NCBI GenBank assembly: GCA_016929645.1
Contig: JAFGIK010000072.1
Location: forward strand, 1 to 62,158
DNA: 62,158 nucleotides
Direction: 5' to 3'
DNA from: Candidatus Dojkabacteria bacterium
GTDB taxonomy: Bacteria; Patescibacteriota; Dojkabacteria; SC72; JAFGCJ01
Shown here: piece after piece, positions 17,597-25,761 of the stretch
Position numbering within the stretch: the stretch's first letter is position 1
Layout of the letters: every line of letters begins with the position of its first letter
Program-made: the position numbers and the translations under genes
The notes under the pieces: generated by a model
Databases searched by the model: none
Told to the model about the DNA's origin: nothing
Seen by the model: the letters and a program-made list of their open reading frames with translations, nothing else

Positions 17597-18694
17597 ATGG
17601 CAAATGACGGAAAACGAGATTATTACGAAATCCTTGGTGTTTCAAAGGAGGCGTCCTCGTCTGAGATAAAGAAAGCATATAGAAAATTGGTCAAGGAATA
17701 CCATCCAGATCATAACAAAGAATCAGGTGCTGAAGAAAAATTTAGAGAGATTCGTGATGCGTATGAAGTGTTATCAAATGATGAGAAACGACGGGCTTAT
17801 GATCAATTTGGGCATGCAGCAACAGATGGGTTTAGTGGTGCTGCTGGTCCAGGCTATTCTGACTTTAGTGGTTCACCATTTGATATGGGGGATCTCGGTG
17901 ATATATTTAGCAACTTTTTTGGATCACGGGGTGGCGGCTTTGATTTTGGTTTTGGCGGTTCACGGAGAGATAATGCAGCTCGTCGAGGAAGTGATATAAA
18001 AATTGATGTTGATCTATCTTTTGAAGAAGCAATTTGGGGAAAAGAAGAAGAGATTTCGTATAATAGAGTGACTGTATGTTCTGCTTGCCAGGGGACTGGA
18101 GCGAAAAGTGGAAAGATGACGACATGTAAAACTTGTGGTGGAGTCGGTCGCGTAAGACAGGTTCAGAACAGTATTCTTGGTGGTATTTCGATAATTACTG
18201 ATTGTCCAGACTGTAAAGGTCAAGGAAAAATGCCAAAGGATATCTGTAACAAGTGTAATGGTACAGGACTCGGGCAGGAAAAAAAGAAAATTAAAATATC
18301 AATTCCAAAAGGTAGCTACGATGGTATGGTTCTTCGCTTTGTTCATGGTGGTAATGCTGGCCGAAATGGTGGAGAAACTGGAGATTTATATATTGAGGTC
18401 AAAGTTGAAGCGCATGAACTCTTTGAACGAGAGGGAGATGATATTTATATGGATTTGTTTATTCCGTTAAAAACTGCAGTATTAGGTGATGTTATTTCTG
18501 TAAAGACAATACACGGGGAAGTTGATCTTAAAATTCCGGCAGGAACGCAATCCCACTCTATTTTTAAGCTTACTGGCAAGGGGGCTCCAATACTTAAGTC
18601 AGAAAAATTTGGTGATCAATATATTCGAGTAAAGGTTGAAATACCAAAGAAACTTAATCGTAAGCAAAAGAAGCTGTGGGAGGAACTTGGGTGA
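17597..18694 (+). CDS. dnaJ: Molecular chaperone DnaJ (type I: J domain, G/F region, 4x CxxCxGxG zinc finger, C-terminal domains)
   Basis: [31 protein letters not shown], a G/F-rich linker, and the zinc-finger motifs [24 protein letters not shown] and CNKCNGTG. Confidence 0.95.
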   Translation: MANDGKRDYYEILGVSKEASSSEIKKAYRKLVKEYHPDHNKESGAEEKFREIRDAYEVLSNDEKRRAYDQFGHAATDGFSGAAGPGYSDFSGSPFDMGDLGDIFSNFFGSRGGGFDFGFGGSRRDNAARRGSDIKIDVDLSFEEAIWGKEEEISYNRVTVCSACQGTGAKSGKMTTCKTCGGVGRVRQVQNSILGGISIITDCPDCKGQGKMPKDICNKCNGTGLGQEKKKIKISIPKGSYDGMVLRFVHGGNAGRNGGETGDLYIEVKVEAHELFEREGDDIYMDLFIPLKTAVLGDVISVKTIHGEVDLKIPAGTQSHSIFKLTGKGAPILKSEKFGDQYIRVKVEIPKKLNRKQKKLWEELG

Positions 18695-18879
18695 ATTTGG
18701 GGAAGTATTTGCTGTCATGCTGATGATTGTTGCCGGCTTTGCTTTTGATACTATTGAAGAATCCTATATTTAATTATATTGCAAAACACTGAATCCTTTT
18801 ATAAAGGATCAGCTAAACTGCATCTTGTGTTGTTCGACCGTTCCTATATATATTTGTAGATACGACTGAGGGTAATAGA

Positions 18880-18917
18880 CTCCGGACGAGGTTTTGAGGA
18901 AACTTCCTCGTCCGGAG
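18880..18917. terminator. 12-bp perfect hairpin between convergent genes (dnaJ and the propeller-lipase gene)
   Basis: CTCCGGACGAGG (18880-18891) and CCTCGTCCGGAG (18906-18917) flank a 14-nt loop. There is no clear U-tract on either strand. Confidence 0.5.
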
Positions 18918-18931
18918 ATTGTTCATTAAAT

Positions 18932-21900
18932 CTAACTAGTAGTACTTCTTAGTACTAATGGAAGGTATATGAATTCCCTTTCTCGATACTCCACAACTCC
19001 ACTCCTGTTCAACATGTTGTCCTCGCTAAAGGCATAGATGACAGGAGTGATTGTGAGATCAACTGTGAATGGATCCGTGTATGATAAGAAGGTTGTTCCA
19101 TCAAGTGAGTATTTTGTATCCTTGACTCCTGATTCCAAATCTACTGCACTGATTGTAACAATTCCCTCTGTAACAGAGATCCCAACTGTTGGAGGTGTTA
19201 TGTCTACTCCGCTGCTGCCACTCAGTACAATGGTTGGTGTAATAATAGACTCAAATGTTCCATCTCCATTGGCATCGTAGTGGAGTATGTCTGTGTACGG
19301 AGTTGAGTAGAGAAGTAAACTTGTACTCACTGGGAGATTGAGATCCATGTATCTACTCACATATGTAGATGTAACTCCATCTCCAACCTGGATATCCAAA
19401 GCAGATAGAATATCAGATGTACTCCAAGTAGCTGTGAATGTCCCTGTCATTGGGTAGATTACCAGGTCGGCTCCTTCTCCAAGATTGTATGTAGTAACCT
19501 CAGGAACCTCTCCCACAAGACCAATAGAAGTGGAAATTGGGGCAGTTGAGTTTCCAAGTGAGTCTGAGATGATAGGGTTTGTTCCCCCGAGGATAGCTAC
19601 ATACTTCGAATCAGCGATGGTTGTCATTGTGATTGTTGATCCTACTTCCATAACGGAGCTTCTCTCTGTATCTGTGGCTCTTATCATACTCTCTCCACAT
19701 CCTGAACCTGACTCTAGAGATGAGACTATCCTATCAAGCATATACTGATCGGTGAGCATTCCTCCATGATCTACTGTTTTATCATTTGAAGACGTGAATG
19801 CACATAGGCTTGTACCTGGGGCATTGATGTTGTATCCATTTCCTATCCTTGAGAGACTCAAAAGAGGAACTGTTCCATCTCCCTGGACATTTGAGACTTC
19901 CATTACATTCCAGGTATGGCAGAGAGATGTTCCACCAAGGCATATGACAAATTTCTCTGCTTTCATGCTTCCTATTGTAGATGCTCCCTTCTTGATCCCC
20001 AGGAAATGGATATAATTTACTCCTGAGATGTCACCCCTCCAGTCATCCTGTCCGCTTGTTGAATGGAAATTGTACGATGTTGTTCCTGGGTAGAAGTAGT
20101 TTCTCCCATATCTCATATTCAAGAAGTTTCTGAATTGGGGATATGAATACTTCTCATTATCCTTTCCATTATTGTTGATATCCCACCCATTCTCAACAAG
20201 CACAGGTCCTCCACCCAGCTGGTAATAAGCTTCTCCTGGAATCAAATCATGAAGTCCAGGGAAGGATCCAGCTATGCGCTTAACCGTACTACTTTGCATT
20301 ATGGGTAATCCAGTCTTCCCTGTCTCCATAACATATACTGATTGAGGAGACCCTAACCATGGTGCTCCGACAGTGAGAAGGGTATCTACATTATTGGTAT
20401 AAGGATAGTTGAGTATGTATCTTCTCGCAACCACACTTCCCATACTGTGAGCTAAGATATCAACCTTTGTTCCTGGGTAGAATTGTTGTATACATTGCAT
20501 GTAGTTATAGAGTTGGGCAGTGGTAGAATCAATATCTTTTCTCCAGTCATATGGGAAGATGAAGAGTGATGGATTGTTTGGCGCTTGGGTCAGATCACAT
20601 CCAGCAGAAGTTCTTTTTGATGGATCAGTATCTCCTGAGTACTCCACGTATCCTGAGGTTGTCAATTTGTTGATTAAGGATGTGTAGATGTCGTTTGTTG
20701 CAACGGTTCTGAGGATGTCTGTAGGAACAATTCCATTTGATGGATCATCATCTGGGTAGAGGCTGAGCTTATTATGATTTCTAAATAGACCCAGCCACAG
20801 TTCTTTGTTTCCATCATTTTGGTCAACGAGCTTACTTCCCATGGTTCCAGGGATGAAGATGAGAGGGGTTTTGGGAGGTTGGGGTGTGATAGTTGTGTCC
20901 ACAACAAAGATGTCGTGTGTCTGATTAAAATCCCCTATGACAAGGTTTGAAGCTTCTGACGGAAAAGCAACATATCTTCCATCATTTGATATTGAGGGAG
21001 AATGAGAATAATCGTTTCCTAATTCTCCTGAAGAGGATACAGAAACAAGTTTTGTTTCTCCGGTTATCATATCATGAACAAAAACTTTCTCTATGCTATA
21101 CGTGTTTCCTGGAACAAGGTTTGTACTACGGGAAGAAAATGTAACAAATCTTCCGTCCTCGGAAACTGAGGGCAATCGGGAATATTCGTTACCTTGTTCT
21201 CCTGTGGAAGACACAGAGGCAAGCTTTGTTTCTCCGGTTACCTGATCGTGAATAAAAATATCTCCTCTATCATTAAAGTCGTTTGGAATAAGGTTTGTCG
21301 CACCTGAGGGAAAAACAATATATCTCCCATTATTTGAGATTGATATTTCCTCCAAGCCGTAAGTGTGATAATTTCCTTGTTCTCCGGAGGATGATACAGA
21401 GACAATCTTTGTCTCTCCTGTTGTCATATCATGAACAAAAACATCTGTGCTTTCATTTGTATCATTTGTGACAAGATTTGAAGCAATAGATTCGAAAGCT
21501 ATAAATCTCCCATCTTCCGATATTGAGGTAAATCCTGAGTACCCATCTCCTTTGACACCCTCAGAAGATACAGAGACAATCTTTGTTTCGCCTGTTGTCA
21601 TATCATGAACAAAAATATCCAAGCTACTATTTCCATGCTCTGGATCGAAATTTGTTGCATATGATTCGAATGCTACAAATTTTCCATCTCCTGAGATAGA
21701 AGGTATACGAGATTCAGAGTTTCCTTGTTCCCCAGAAGAAGATACCGAAACAAGTTTCGTCTCTCCTGTTTGCATATCATGGAGAAAGATATCGGTTTTT
21801 TCGTTAGAGTCGCCTAAAACAAGATTAGTAGCGTCCGATTGGAAAGTAATATATCTTCCATCATCGGAAATAGATGGAAGGGTAGATTTATCATTTCCTT

Positions 21901-22243
21901 GTTCTCCAGAAGAAGACACAGAAACAAGTTTCGTTTCTCCGGTTGTTATATCATGAACAAAAACGTCCGTAGTTCTATTTGTATCGTTTGTGACAAGATT
22001 TGAAGCACCCGAATTAAATGCGATAAATCTTTTATTTCCTGAAATTGAAGAACATCCTGAGTACCCATTCCCTTCAACTCCCTCCGACGACACCGACACC
22101 CTTCTAATATACGTCCCGCCAGCCTGGCTCAACTCTGCAGCCCTAACTCCTGACCTTGGAGCTTGTATCCCAATTATCTGGGTCAACATCATCAGTGCTA
22201 CAAAAATCGAAACTATCCTTAAAAACTTAGATCTAGTAAACAT
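18932..22243 (-). CDS. Secreted 7x PD40-type beta-propeller + LCAT/PGAP1-like alpha/beta-hydrolase (lipase/acyltransferase) + beta-rich C-terminal region
   Basis: 1103-aa ORF with AAGGAG 8 nt upstream of the ATG and signal peptide FLRIVSIFVALMMLTQIIGIQA. Seven repeats carry ...PSISxDGRxxAFxSxAxNLVxxDxNxxxDxFVHDxxTGETKLVSVSS.... Lipase motifs are PLIFIPGTMGSKL, DILAHSMGSVVARRY, QGDGTVPLLS and VDHGGM. Confidence 0.7.
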   Translation of the reverse strand: MFTRSKFLRIVSIFVALMMLTQIIGIQAPRSGVRAAELSQAGGTYIRRVSVSSEGVEGNGYSGCSSISGNKRFIAFNSGASNLVTNDTNRTTDVFVHDITTGETKLVSVSSSGEQGNDKSTLPSISDDGRYITFQSDATNLVLGDSNEKTDIFLHDMQTGETKLVSVSSSGEQGNSESRIPSISGDGKFVAFESYATNFDPEHGNSSLDIFVHDMTTGETKIVSVSSEGVKGDGYSGFTSISEDGRFIAFESIASNLVTNDTNESTDVFVHDMTTGETKIVSVSSSGEQGNYHTYGLEEISISNNGRYIVFPSGATNLIPNDFNDRGDIFIHDQVTGETKLASVSSTGEQGNEYSRLPSVSEDGRFVTFSSRSTNLVPGNTYSIEKVFVHDMITGETKLVSVSSSGELGNDYSHSPSISNDGRYVAFPSEASNLVIGDFNQTHDIFVVDTTITPQPPKTPLIFIPGTMGSKLVDQNDGNKELWLGLFRNHNKLSLYPDDDPSNGIVPTDILRTVATNDIYTSLINKLTTSGYVEYSGDTDPSKRTSAGCDLTQAPNNPSLFIFPYDWRKDIDSTTAQLYNYMQCIQQFYPGTKVDILAHSMGSVVARRYILNYPYTNNVDTLLTVGAPWLGSPQSVYVMETGKTGLPIMQSSTVKRIAGSFPGLHDLIPGEAYYQLGGGPVLVENGWDINNNGKDNEKYSYPQFRNFLNMRYGRNYFYPGTTSYNFHSTSGQDDWRGDISGVNYIHFLGIKKGASTIGSMKAEKFVICLGGTSLCHTWNVMEVSNVQGDGTVPLLSLSRIGNGYNINAPGTSLCAFTSSNDKTVDHGGMLTDQYMLDRIVSSLESGSGCGESMIRATDTERSSVMEVGSTITMTTIADSKYVAILGGTNPIISDSLGNSTAPISTSIGLVGEVPEVTTYNLGEGADLVIYPMTGTFTATWSTSDILSALDIQVGDGVTSTYVSRYMDLNLPVSTSLLLYSTPYTDILHYDANGDGTFESIITPTIVLSGSSGVDITPPTVGISVTEGIVTISAVDLESGVKDTKYSLDGTTFLSYTDPFTVDLTITPVIYAFSEDNMLNRSGVVEYREREFIYLPLVLRSTTS
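20880..22111 (-). repeat. Seven tandem intragenic repeats (about 58 aa, about 174 nt each) encoding propeller blades
   Basis: The recurring protein block ...VFVHDMTTGETKLVSVSSSGEQGN... appears seven times. The DNA recurs in diverged form (e.g. acaagtttcgtctctcctgt, acaagtttcgtttctccggt and acaatctttgtctctcctgt on the + strand). Confidence 0.7.
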
Positions 22244-22652
22244 CGTAAACTCCTTTTTGATTGTTTGAATTGGTTAATTCTGAAACATGACTGCCATAGA
22301 ATTGATTAGGTTTACCTTTTTGTTACATTTTTTTACCTCCAAACTAGCTAGATTGTAAAAGAACTCGGAACAAAACTGGCATAATAAATTTGAATTTCTA
22401 ATATGCCATGAGATTAATTTGTTCCTTGCTTAAGCCTACAAGAGAGGTTTTTGACAGATCCATAGCAAAAAGGTGATAAAAAAGTGACAAAAAATCAAGA
22501 AAAGTCGAAAAGATTTTGTATACTTATCTATATCGAATGATGGGGGAAAACTACTATAATCAGCAAAAAGTATAGAGGAATAGTAGTCGTTATGGGATTG
22601 TTGAATAATCCAGAATGAACATTTAAAAATCCTATTATTCAGGTGTTATTTA

Positions 22653-23741
22653 TTATCTATTTTCTTCACAAATTTCCTTCAGTTTCCAACAAAGTATATC
22701 GATAGCTTCTTTTTTTAACCTCTTAAAAGATCTATCGCTTGTGGCTGAATATTCACTTAATTTAGTATAAGGAAATCTAGGTTTAAAGTCTTCTGTCAAT
22801 TTCTCCCTGGCGCTTCTCGTAAATACATCAAATCCTAAATCCCACATTATTTGTGATTCCGTTGATTCTTTGTATGCGATCATTTTTACTATCTCATACC
22901 TTAATCTTTGGGTAGTTCTTTGACCTTCATCTTTTCTCGGCTTCAGGTATTCTATTAGTTCATCTAAGATTTCTCTAAATGCAATAACTTCAGTTGTTGC
23001 ATTTTTTCTTGCCCTTTCTTTTACTACTTCTAATTCCAATAAATTACTCTTTGCCAATTTAATTGGATTGTTATAGTTTTTTAGCACTTTAAAGATTTCT
23101 TCTTCAATATTTTTAACATCCAATTTAACTGACTTAGTTTTCTTTTTTTCGTACAACCTTGAATTGTACATTGCAAATGAAATCTGATTTGAAAATATTC
23201 GAATTAGTGAGTAGTCTTCATTTGAAATTTTGTCTTCGTTCCATGATAGAGCTAAACACCCCAGTTCAGTATCTTTTATTATAAGAGGGACACTAACTGC
23301 GAGCTTGATTTTTGCCAATTTCTGTACAAGTTCTGCTTGTCGTTTGCTTAACATTGGTATGGAAATATCATAAAGATTTTTTGTGAAAATAGGCTTGTTT
23401 CTCTGTAATGACTTCCACATAAAGTTCTCTCCACCGTTTTGTTTACCAGTATAAAGCTTAACTACAGAGAGATCTTTTCCCAGGATTTTTTTCAAATAGA
23501 TGATAACATGAGAATAAACATTTACCCTATTTAGTTCGAGTGTTTTATCACTTTCATTCCAAATCCATATTGAAGAAGAGGAAACTTTCAAAATAGAAAA
23601 TAACTTCTCAATTATAGAGTCAATGATGGAATCTAGTTTAAGATTACCGGCAAGCGCTTCGTTTATTTCTTCTATTTCATCTAGAGCTTGAGATGTCTGT
23701 GTTTTCTTTTCTTCAATGTTTAATTTATCTTCCATTTTCAA
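22653..23741 (-). CDS. GAF-domain protein with uncharacterised helical C-terminal region (putative regulator)
   Basis: GAF-like pattern (SSSIWIWNESDKTLELNRVNV...LAVSVPLIIKDTELGCLALSWNEDKISNEDYSLIRIFSNQISFAMYNSRLYE). The C-terminal 170 aa are helical, ending SDRSFKRLKKEAIDILCWKLKE, which resembles sigma region 4 or an HTH. This resemblance is weak. Confidence 0.5.
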   Translation of the reverse strand: MKMEDKLNIEEKKTQTSQALDEIEEINEALAGNLKLDSIIDSIIEKLFSILKVSSSSIWIWNESDKTLELNRVNVYSHVIIYLKKILGKDLSVVKLYTGKQNGGENFMWKSLQRNKPIFTKNLYDISIPMLSKRQAELVQKLAKIKLAVSVPLIIKDTELGCLALSWNEDKISNEDYSLIRIFSNQISFAMYNSRLYEKKKTKSVKLDVKNIEEEIFKVLKNYNNPIKLAKSNLLELEVVKERARKNATTEVIAFREILDELIEYLKPRKDEGQRTTQRLRYEIVKMIAYKESTESQIMWDLGFDVFTRSAREKLTEDFKPRFPYTKLSEYSATSDRSFKRLKKEAIDILCWKLKEICEENR

Positions 23742-23879
23742 TAATGTTATAACAAAGGAAGATTAAATTACAATTTGGTGTATTCTGTCAATGTCAATGA
23801 AAGGGTTACGCAACTATTTATGACTGGGCTTTATCTACCTGATGACTTTACAGTTGCTATTTCCTTGTTCGGATTTCGG

Positions 23880-23888
23880 TGCTATAAT
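23880..23888 (+). promoter_or_regulatory. Extended -10 promoter TGcTATAAT upstream of nusA
   Basis: TG at 23880-81 and TATAAT at 23883-88. The same TGnTATAAT form recurs at 46888 and 49835. Confidence 0.45.
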
Positions 23889-23915
23889 TACATTAATTCT
23901 AATGGTACTTGTATT

Positions 23916-23947
23916 AAAGGTGAGTTATATCTCACCTTTTTGTTTTT
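23916..23947 (+). terminator. Intrinsic terminator/attenuator in the nusA leader
   Basis: AAAGGTGAG (23916-24), loop TTATAT, CTCACCTTT (23931-39), then TTGTTTTT. It lies about 28 nt after the extended -10 promoter and about 60 nt before the nusA ATG. Confidence 0.65.
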
Positions 23948-24008
23948 AGATAGCTTTAACAATTTTTGATCGAGTACACAATCTTATTTTAATTTATTTT
24001 TAGTTGAA

Positions 24009-25367
24009 ATGGATATAACAGAATTTTCTGCAGCAGTAAATCAAATATGCTCTGAAAGAGGAATCGATCCGGATGAAGTATACGAGGCCATTGAGTCAGC
24101 TGTTCTTGCTGCATACCATAAAGATTATGGAGGTGGTGAGTCTCTTAAAGCAGAAATTGATCGGAATTCAGGAGCCGTTCACATAATTGCAGATAAGAAG
24201 GTTGTAAAGAAGGTTACTGAAGAGGATACTCAAATTTCCTTAAAAGATGCAAGTAAAATCGAACCAAATTTGAAAATTGATGATCATGTCGAGATCGAGA
24301 TTCCTGTTGATGGATTTGGGAGAATTGCAGCTCAGACAGCTAAACAAGTAATTCTACAAAAATTTAGAGAATCTGAAAGAGATGCAATTATCTCAGAGTT
24401 TAAAGGTAAGATAAATACTGTTGTTACAGGATTAATTCAAAGGATGATCGGTTCTACGGCGGTTGTCGAAATTGGTAAAGCTACTGCGTATATGCCTCCA
24501 GAAGAACAGATTCCAAATGAATTTTATAAAATTGGAGAAAGATATAAATTTTATGTTAAAGAGATTAAAGACAATCAGGATTTAATTGTTTCAAGGGCTG
24601 TTCCTGAGTTTCTTATTGAGCTTTTTAAGATTGAAGTTCCTGAAATTGAATCAAATACTGTAGAAATAAAGGCTGTAGCAAGAGAGGCTGGATCGCGAAG
24701 TAAACTTGCAGTAATTTCTAATCAGGAGGGTGTTGATCCAATTGGTTCATGTGTCGGTCAGAAAGGTGTTCGTATTGCAAATATTATGAGTGAACTTGGC
24801 GAGGAGAAAATTGATATTATTGAGTGGGATCCAGAAAAAAATGTTTTTGTAGCAAATGCTCTTGGTCCTGCACAGGTTAATAACGTTGAGATTAAAGATG
24901 AAGATATTGCAAAGGTTCTTGTGGATGATGATCAGTTATCACTCGCTATTGGCAAGGATGGTCAAAATGTTCGTCTTGCTGCTAAATTAACAGACATGAA
25001 GATTGATATAACATCTCCAGGGCTTAGAGATGCACAGGAGTCCAAGAAGGATGATGAATCTGAGGACAAAGGATCAACAAACGAAACTGAAGAGATAAAG
25101 AGTAAAGGAAAGGCTGCATCTAAAAAGAAATCTGTTAAAAAATCAAAAACCAAGAGTGTTAAAAGTAAAACTAAGAAATCAAAGGATGCAGCAAAATCAA
25201 AGAATAAAGATGCTGCTTTATCATCAAGGATTTTGGGAGTTTTAAAGAAAGCGGAAGTATCTGTTGATAGCTTAAAGAAGATGAAAGAAGCAGATATAAA
25301 GAATATAAAAGGAATTGGTGCTAAAGCATTTGAAGAAATTATAAAATTTGTTAAAAATGGCAAATAG
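24009..25367 (+). CDS. nusA: Transcription termination/antitermination factor NusA with Lys-rich linker and C-terminal HhH-like tail
   Basis: N-terminal domain, S1 domain (TGLIQRMIGSTAVVEIGKATAYMP) and KH domains (PIGSCVGQKGVRIANIMSELGEEKIDII; SLAIGKDGQNVRLAAKLTDMKIDI). Confidence 0.95.
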   Translation: MDITEFSAAVNQICSERGIDPDEVYEAIESAVLAAYHKDYGGGESLKAEIDRNSGAVHIIADKKVVKKVTEEDTQISLKDASKIEPNLKIDDHVEIEIPVDGFGRIAAQTAKQVILQKFRESERDAIISEFKGKINTVVTGLIQRMIGSTAVVEIGKATAYMPPEEQIPNEFYKIGERYKFYVKEIKDNQDLIVSRAVPEFLIELFKIEVPEIESNTVEIKAVAREAGSRSKLAVISNQEGVDPIGSCVGQKGVRIANIMSELGEEKIDIIEWDPEKNVFVANALGPAQVNNVEIKDEDIAKVLVDDDQLSLAIGKDGQNVRLAAKLTDMKIDITSPGLRDAQESKKDDESEDKGSTNETEEIKSKGKAASKKKSVKKSKTKSVKSKTKKSKDAAKSKNKDAALSSRILGVLKKAEVSVDSLKKMKEADIKNIKGIGAKAFEEIIKFVKNGK

Positions 25368-25740
25368 TAATCTAAAAAGTCAAGTAGTGCATGTTCCGTT
25401 GAGGATGTGTATTGCTTGTCGGGTGAAGAAACCCAAAAAGGAGCTCATTAGATTAGTATTGAGTGAAAAAGGTGTTGTTGTGGATGTGGATGGGAAAATA
25501 AATGGCCGCGGTGCTAATATATGTCCGAGTGAAAATTGCTTTAGTGTTGCAGTCGAAAGAAATATATTTTCGCAGACATTTAAACAAAATTTGAAGAATT
25601 TAGATATTGCATCCTTGAAGAAGAATTTTGATTCTGCTATTGAACAAAAAAAATTCAGAGAAGGCAAAGAAAATATTGTATTTAGGGTGAATAAAGACGA
25701 AGCAGAGGTAAAAGTAAGCAAAAAGTTAACAAAGAAATAA
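25357..25740 (+). CDS. ylxR: YlxR/RnpM (DUF448) RNA-binding protein
   Basis: PLRMCIACRVKKPKKELIRLV...GRGANIC matches the YlxR signature. ATG at 25357 is preferred over the TTG at 25348. Its position between nusA and infB is the conserved one. Confidence 0.8.
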   Translation: MANSNLKSQVVHVPLRMCIACRVKKPKKELIRLVLSEKGVVVDVDGKINGRGANICPSENCFSVAVERNIFSQTFKQNLKNLDIASLKKNFDSAIEQKKFREGKENIVFRVNKDEAEVKVSKKLTKK

Positions 25741-25761
25741 AATAATTTAACGGAATTTTTA

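Noticed and set aside
23775-23969. 64-aa ORF in the nusA upstream region
   Set aside because: It spans the extended -10 promoter and the intrinsic terminator, has no RBS, and its product is featureless. The region is better explained as a leader or attenuator.
24962-25721. Two minus-strand ORFs (24962-25363, 133 aa; 25380-25721, 113 aa) opposite nusA and ylxR
   Set aside because: They lie fully antisense to well-supported genes. Their low-complexity F/L/S-rich translations mirror the Lys/Glu-rich sense strand, and they have no start context, so they are shadow ORFs.
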